A DNA stretch of 64,000 nt from assembly GCA_051382295.1 (NCBI GenBank), contig JBBCAW010000013.1, positions 64,001 through 128,000 on the forward strand. Reading direction: 5' to 3'. Position numbers and translations under genes: made by a program. This DNA comes from Bdellovibrionota bacterium FG-1. Its GTDB lineage: Bacteria > Bdellovibrionota > UBA1018. The notes below the pieces were generated by a model. That model searched no databases and was not told where the DNA came from. It worked only from the letters and a program-made list of their open reading frames with translations. Shown in pieces: positions 58,996-64,000 of the stretch. The stretch's first letter is position 1; each line of letters starts with the position of its first letter.

Positions 58996-59766
58996 CTATT
59001 CCTTGGGTAATTGCAGCTCAATTGTCATGCCAGGCTTAAGAATTTGTTCTTCGTTTGCACCTAGAAAACTCACTTTTACCCCAAAGACGAGACGAGTTCG
59101 TTCTGAGCGAGTCTGGACGTTTTTGGGAGTAAACTCGGCCTCAGCGTTAATCTTAACGATTTTACCTAAAAATTTGCGGCCACTCAGCTCAGAAAGGATG
59201 CCCGTGAGTTTCATGCCCGGTTTTAAATGGGCGACGGTAATTTGAGGCACGTAGATATAAGCCCAAATGTCCTTAATATTTGCTAAAGTCACTAGCTTCA
59301 CGCCAGCATTCACCCATTCTCCAGGTTCGTGATATCGACTCAAGACGGTGCCCTGAATGGGCGACCGAATCGAACACCACTTCAGATGAACATCGACTTC
59401 TTCTTTTTTATTTTTTACTTGATCCATCGTGTCTTGCGAAATGGTTCCTGAGCGAAATAGGCGCGAGTTTCGTTCATAGTTCTGATTGGCCAGCTCAGCC
59501 GCTACCTTAAAGTCCTCACAGGAAAGAGCTACGACCTCTTGGTTCTCTTTGACCTCATCTCCTTCTTGAACTCCAAAAGCTGCGATTGACGAGGGGAGTT
59601 GAGCGGATAAATCCACTTTTGTGGCCTCGAGAGTGCCCGAGAATAAAAAGTCATTTTCAAAAAAGAAGGATTTGATCGCGACGCCAGCAATGATGAGGGT
59701 GATCATGGCCCCAACCGCAAAGATCCTACGCGAAGGTCCTTTTCGTGTGGACTGTTCGTTAGTCAT
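58996..59766 (-). CDS. HlyD-family periplasmic adaptor (YbhG-like)
   Basis: AEFTPKNVQT..ER..LVF and LKPGM motifs. Confidence 0.92.
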   Translation of the reverse strand: MTNEQSTRKGPSRRIFAVGAMITLIIAGVAIKSFFFENDFLFSGTLEATKVDLSAQLPSSIAAFGVQEGDEVKENQEVVALSCEDFKVAAELANQNYERNSRLFRSGTISQDTMDQVKNKKEEVDVHLKWCSIRSPIQGTVLSRYHEPGEWVNAGVKLVTLANIKDIWAYIYVPQITVAHLKPGMKLTGILSELSGRKFLGKIVKINAEAEFTPKNVQTRSERTRLVFGVKVSFLGANEEQILKPGMTIELQLPKE

Positions 59767-61168
59767 GAATACCTTCCTTGCCCGAAAGGGCTATAAGAGT
59801 AATAATTTGATTGAGGATCTGTGCGTCAATGTGCGCCGCACCTACTTTCGCTTGTAGGGCAGCATTATTGGCAGTCTGGACATCGATCAAATTATTTTTA
59901 CCGGCCTTGTAAGAACCATAATAAAGTTTTGCGCTTTCCTCGGATTGTAAAACATCTTGCGCCGCAAGCTTTTGCTGTTCACGGAGGCTGCTGAGCATTT
60001 CCAGGGATTTTTCATAATCTCGCAGGAGATCGACGCGCAACTGATCGGCTCGAAAACGTGTGCCGTCAGCCTCCTTTCGTTTTTCGGAGGCAAGATGCCA
60101 AGTCGGATCACCTAAATACAGGGGCATCGACAGGCTCAGGGCTACTGCATTTTGGTGAATTTGCTCGGGTATCGGCCCATTTGGATAAGTGAGGGTTGTG
60201 CTGGCTGACACCCCGAGTGTGGGAAGAAGCTTGGCTTTCTGCCCTGATGCCGCTCGATCGGTAGCATCTGCGAGGAGTAACTGACCTCGGAGTTGCGGAT
60301 GAAGGTCATTAGGTGCTGAGGATTCAAACTGACCAAGAACAGCCAAAGTAGTCGAAAGTGTGTCGAGTTTAAGCACGAGAGAAACGTGCTCCACATCGGG
60401 GGGTCCGGGGTAATAAAACTGCGAAGACCGAAAAGCCTCCGTAAGATGACCAGGTCCGACAAGGGCCATTAAATCTCTCAACACCGCCGAGAGGTCTGCT
60501 TGCTTTTGCTTAAATTGCAACTCGTAGCTTAAAATTTGCCGATTGGATGTGACCAAATCAAGGCGGGTGGCAGCCCCAGCGTGAAAACGTGTCGTAATGT
60601 CGTGGTCTTGAGCTTTCGCTAATTTGAGCGAACCATTGACCAGACGAAACTCCTCTAGCGCTAACTGTACACGCACGTAAGTAGAGCGAACAAGATAAAG
60701 AAGCTGACTCTGGACGGCCTCTCGATCTTGGCCACGCGCCTCGGCAAGTTTGTTTAAAGATTGGTATGAATCAAGGGCAGAAAAGTTGTCCCAAAAGGTA
60801 TAACTCAAGGCAGGGCCAATACTATAGCTCGAATGTGACGTCAGTTGAATGGGGGGGCCTGCCCCTATCGCCAAGCTCGGTACGGTACCCAGATACTGAT
60901 ACCCGGCTTGAAGCGTAAGCCGAGGCAGAAGTGTCGAAAATCCCGCTTTGGCCTGCTCTAAGGCAGCCTCTTCGTCTGTGGCCGCCGCCTTGAGACGACT
61001 TGAAAACCTGATCGCTTCAGATTCAGCATCTCGAAAGGATAGCTCGAAGTTTTCACTTTGAGGTAATGCGAAAGCAGATCCAGCCGCGCATAAAGATGCT
61101 ATCGCATAAATCAAAATTCCAAGCGAAACACTGGGATTACCCTTTTCAACACGAATGTAAGTATTCAT
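59759..61168 (-). CDS. TolC-family outer-membrane efflux protein
   Basis: Two OEP repeats (LLP.L.L; Y.AG....D); signal peptide. Confidence 0.9.
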   Translation of the reverse strand: MNTYIRVEKGNPSVSLGILIYAIASLCAAGSAFALPQSENFELSFRDAESEAIRFSSRLKAAATDEEAALEQAKAGFSTLLPRLTLQAGYQYLGTVPSLAIGAGPPIQLTSHSSYSIGPALSYTFWDNFSALDSYQSLNKLAEARGQDREAVQSQLLYLVRSTYVRVQLALEEFRLVNGSLKLAKAQDHDITTRFHAGAATRLDLVTSNRQILSYELQFKQKQADLSAVLRDLMALVGPGHLTEAFRSSQFYYPGPPDVEHVSLVLKLDTLSTTLAVLGQFESSAPNDLHPQLRGQLLLADATDRAASGQKAKLLPTLGVSASTTLTYPNGPIPEQIHQNAVALSLSMPLYLGDPTWHLASEKRKEADGTRFRADQLRVDLLRDYEKSLEMLSSLREQQKLAAQDVLQSEESAKLYYGSYKAGKNNLIDVQTANNAALQAKVGAAHIDAQILNQIITLIALSGKEGIHD

Positions 61169-61341
61169 AGATACTCCCAAAAAATCGCCTAACGTTGGCC
61201 AGTATCACCTCATGAACCGAGGATCCGATTTTATAGCCCGATCTATTGCACTGTACAGACTTGATATCGACCTTCAACACAAAAACGTCCCGAAAGAGGT
61301 GGCAAAAACAAAAACTCGAAACTGCTCGCATCAACTAAAAT

Positions 61342-61470
61342 TTGATATTCGGCGCTGGGGTAAATGGATTGGATGTCACGCTTCGTCACGGTAAGCGTGT
61401 CCGCCTCGCTGATCATCGTGAGATGGTGGAATTTGTTTCATGCTCCTATCTAGGCTTAGATCAACGGCTA
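61342..61470 (+). pseudogene. 5' fragment of a PLP-dependent alpha-oxoamine synthase-like enzyme
   Basis: GKRVRLADHREMVEFVSCSYLGLD, after which recognisable similarity stops. Confidence 0.6.
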
Positions 61471-61720
61471 TTCTATTCCAGTCTTCGTGTTCGCGAGCCA
61501 GAAATGCAATCCTGGTCAGCGCCTCGGACGTGTTTCAGGAATCAGACAGCTGTCTGTCGCCTTACTCACACTCCTCTTGGTACCCGCCCTTTCGTCTATG
61601 ACGGAAGGCTTAAAACCATTAGCCGCAGCCTTTGCTCTCATGGCGGCTATTATCTTCCTATTTTCTTGGATGTCTAATGCTTTGCCAAAGACCACCTACC
61701 CTCCGCAGAAAGAAGACTGT
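61471..61720 (+). pseudogene. 3' fragment of an MFS-like membrane protein
   Basis: ..PGQRLGRVSGIRQ followed by two TM helices, typical of an MFS C-terminus. Confidence 0.45.
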
Positions 61721-62525
61721 ATGAAACACCTCTATCTCATCCAACAATCGCGTTTAAAAGTAAAATGGGCCAATCTGGTTTCACCGGAACTACGCCTCGT
61801 TCTGATCACGAACCCCCTCACCCGAAATAAGCTTCCCGATACTGATGCAAATCGGATTGACCGACTTGTCGTGACTGAAGATTTTCGGTTCGAAAACCTC
61901 CTGGCCATTATCGAATCCGACCCAAAGTGTCTCGAAGACTCCATCGTTTTTGTAACCACCGACGAATTTTTGGTGGCTACCGTTGCGCAGCTTAACGAAC
62001 ATTTTGGACTACCGGGCGTTCAACCCGAGCAGGCGCTTCGTTATTTGAATAAAGAAAAAATGAAACAAGCCCTTGTCGATAGCGGCATACGATACCCTCG
62101 GTTTGTTCGTTTCGAGCCGCAGACCTTCGAGCTCGAGGGCCAGAAATACCTAAAACGCATCCTCCGATACACCGGACTACCTTGCTTTATAAAGCCGCTT
62201 ACGGCTGCTGGAGCTTTAGGAACCGAAAAAATTGAAAATCCAGAGCAACTGCTGCGCTGGGCAAATGGACACCTAGGAGATTACGAATATGAGATTGATG
62301 AATTTATCACGGGCGAACTGTTTCATTTAGATTCAATTATCTTAAAATGGGAAAATCAGCCTCACGTTAAGTGGACGGTATTTTTTTCCGCCGGCTGCTT
62401 TTTTTGACGGAAAAATTTGTGGAAGTTTTGCCCTACCCCCTTCTGACTCGCGCCACCAAGCGCTTGCCAAACTAAACCAGAGCGTCTTGGAAAGGTTAGG
62501 AATTTTTAATGGAGCCTACCACTTA
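61721..62525 (+). pseudogene. ATP-grasp ligase, frameshifted and IS-truncated
   Basis: NK..MK, GLP.FIKP...AGA.G and DEFI.G..FHLDS motifs. After an extra A at ~62344-62347 the other frame continues NGKISL...GAYHL up to the IS end. Confidence 0.75.
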
Positions 62526-62545
62526 GCGTCCGCCCAACAATAACT

Positions 62546-63493
62546 TTACATTTTCTGAGGTCGGATCGTGTAGTTCCACTTCGGCAGATTTGGATGAAAG
62601 TCCATGCGCAGTTTTTGCATTTCTGCGTCTGTGATCTTAACCCCTTTGGGGTAGTGACGACGGATAAGACGGGCAGAGACGCTCAGGCCCGTCTTGGTTT
62701 TGGTCGTTCGAATGTAGTTCAGTACGGTTTTGAAGCTTGAGAGCGGTATACCGGCCCAATTCTTGCTGATTTCGCTAAAGAGGCGGTGCTCGATCGGATT
62801 CCATTTCGATGCACCAGGCGGGTAGTGGCTGACATTTACTGTAAGCCCGTGGATATTACAGAGTTTGTGTTGAAGTTGATATTTCCATGCACGTGTTCTG
62901 CAGCCGTTACTTCCGCCCGCGTCCGCCAGGATGAGAAGTTTTCTGCTGTCCGGATATTGTTTACAGCCCTCATGAGCCCACCAGCTGACAATTGAATCCA
63001 CGGCGAATTCGGCGGTGTCAGCACTTTTGCCGACGCACACGAACCCACGGTTTGACGTCGTGTCGTAAATTCCGTATGGCGCCGCCATACCTTTTCCGTC
63101 CGATCGAAAATCGTGATCGTTGACCAGTTCCGGTGTCTGCCGCCACGTTTTGCCTGGATTTTTAAACTGCCCCACCAACTCTTTCTTCTTGGTATCCACG
63201 CTGATGACCGGATGGGCATTTCTCTCAAATTTATCCCGGAAGTTTCGGATCGTGCCAAATTGCTCGTTCCGGATTACCTGAGTGGTCTTTGATCCTCTGG
63301 ATAGTTTTTTGTGATTAACACGCAAGGAGAAGTCCATCTGCTTCAAAAGCCTTCCAACGGTGTTCTTGGATACGCGCAGCCCAAGTCGTAAAAGCTGGGC
63401 AGATATTTTCTCGGTCGTCTTGCGAGTCCACTTCAAGCCGCTCATCGGGTCGCCGGCAGTTTCGTAGTCCATCAAGCAGCGGATCTCTTTCAT
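62546..63493 (-). CDS. ISAzo13-family DDE transposase, catalytic ORF
   Basis: GDPMS.LKWT, ISVDTKKKE, HDF, DAGGSN, SKWNPIEHRLFS and WNY motifs. Confidence 0.93.
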   Translation of the reverse strand: MKEIRCLMDYETAGDPMSGLKWTRKTTEKISAQLLRLGLRVSKNTVGRLLKQMDFSLRVNHKKLSRGSKTTQVIRNEQFGTIRNFRDKFERNAHPVISVDTKKKELVGQFKNPGKTWRQTPELVNDHDFRSDGKGMAAPYGIYDTTSNRGFVCVGKSADTAEFAVDSIVSWWAHEGCKQYPDSRKLLILADAGGSNGCRTRAWKYQLQHKLCNIHGLTVNVSHYPPGASKWNPIEHRLFSEISKNWAGIPLSSFKTVLNYIRTTKTKTGLSVSARLIRRHYPKGVKITDAEMQKLRMDFHPNLPKWNYTIRPQKM

Positions 63494-64000
63494 GATCTCC
63501 GGTGTTTTTTTTCCAGGGCCACTCTACCGCCGCCCTCTCTTCGGGTTCGGTCGATTTCGACATCTTGTGCCAGTAACTGCCGTCTTCCAGCGGCCACTGT
63601 ATGTGCGTCGAGCCCCAGTAGTTCTCCTATTTTGCGATCACCACCATGGCCGAGCTTGAGGGATTCCAGGCCGGCATAGAGCCGCTGCTGTTGCTCGTCC
63701 AGCAGACAAAAAAACAGGATAATCGCCGCTTTCAGCTCATCAGGGATGACTTCATGTCCCAGCATTCGGAATCCCGGTTCCGCTTCCTGCTCCCGGCGGA
63801 TGGTCAACTGTTTGCGCCGAAGCTCGACATCGTTTGAGCAGTAGACATAAAGTCCGGATATCTTCTCGCGCTGAATTGTGTGACGACCAATCAAGGTCAA
63901 CAGAGCCTGTTTTACTTCAACATGAAGAGCATTTTCCAATTCGTCCGCATGGTAACCATTTGGTGCCCGATTCACGAATGCAGCGATCGTCTTGAGAAGA
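63490..64000 (-). CDS. ISAzo13 transposase upstream ORF (open to window end)
   Basis: LDEQQQRL.AG.E...GHGG and R.GGGR motifs, ending at an A8 slippery tract. Confidence 0.85.
   Translation of the reverse strand, partial: LLKTIAAFVNRAPNGYHADELENALHVEVKQALLTLIGRHTIQREKISGLYVYCSNDVELRRKQLTIRREQEAEPGFRMLGHEVIPDELKAAIILFFCLLDEQQQRLYAGLESLKLGHGGDRKIGELLGLDAHTVAAGRRQLLAQDVEIDRTRREGGGRVALEKKHRRS

Larger units (their letters stand above)
62526..64000 (-). mobile_element. ISAzo13-family insertion sequence (partial)
   Basis: Transposase motifs; probable right end GCGTCCGCCCAACAATAACT abutting a TTA. Confidence 0.85.

Noticed and set aside
55116..61168. TolC-HlyD-2xATPase-2xpermease operon as a novel system
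   Set aside because: Matches the known YbhGFSR-type exporter layout with the ATPase split into two genes.
1..64000. CRISPR arrays, tRNA/rRNA, prophage or defence genes
   Set aside because: No regularly spaced repeats, cloverleaf or rRNA-like segments, or phage/defence motifs were seen by eye. A covariance-model search was not possible.

Overview
A ~50% GC bacterial chromosomal segment. Gene content suggests Bdellovibrionota/Oligoflexia-like origin; this is an inference from the Tad/Flp-FHA locus, a TIGR04552-like gene and FliA-type promoters. From left to right: (1) a minus-strand Tad/Flp pilus locus with tadC, DUF192, three FHA membrane proteins, a PP2C phosphatase, two Flp pilins, a prepilin peptidase and two pseudopilins, running off the window; (2) dppBC-nagZ and small accessory genes; (3) a WaaL-like/GT4/UDP-glucuronate decarboxylase/GT4 glycan operon; (4) carB followed by GT87, an ABC/FtsX transporter, a LolA-like protein and an outer-membrane barrel, then greA-recG; (5) a translationally coupled operon of a RelA/SpoT-like synthetase-domain protein, a degenerate flavoprotein and a four-Fe-S-cluster fusion protein; (6) pgpA-recA, an islet (DUF1566-like protein, hexaheme cytochrome c, an unannotated 45-aa membrane peptide with type I toxin-antitoxin-like RNA features, SDR), alaS-oppA, HD-GYP, ssb and pal; (7) a TolC-HlyD-ABC exporter; (8) a decayed PLP-enzyme/MFS/ATP-grasp remnant interrupted by an ISAzo13-like element. 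I saw no rRNA, tRNA or CRISPR array. All family calls come from motif recognition by eye, not from database searches. The best candidates for new biology are the alarmone-synthetase-like/redox operon, the small-peptide/antisense locus, the phospho-signalling Tad locus, a shared 17-bp operator, and sigma54-type promoters at recA and ssb.
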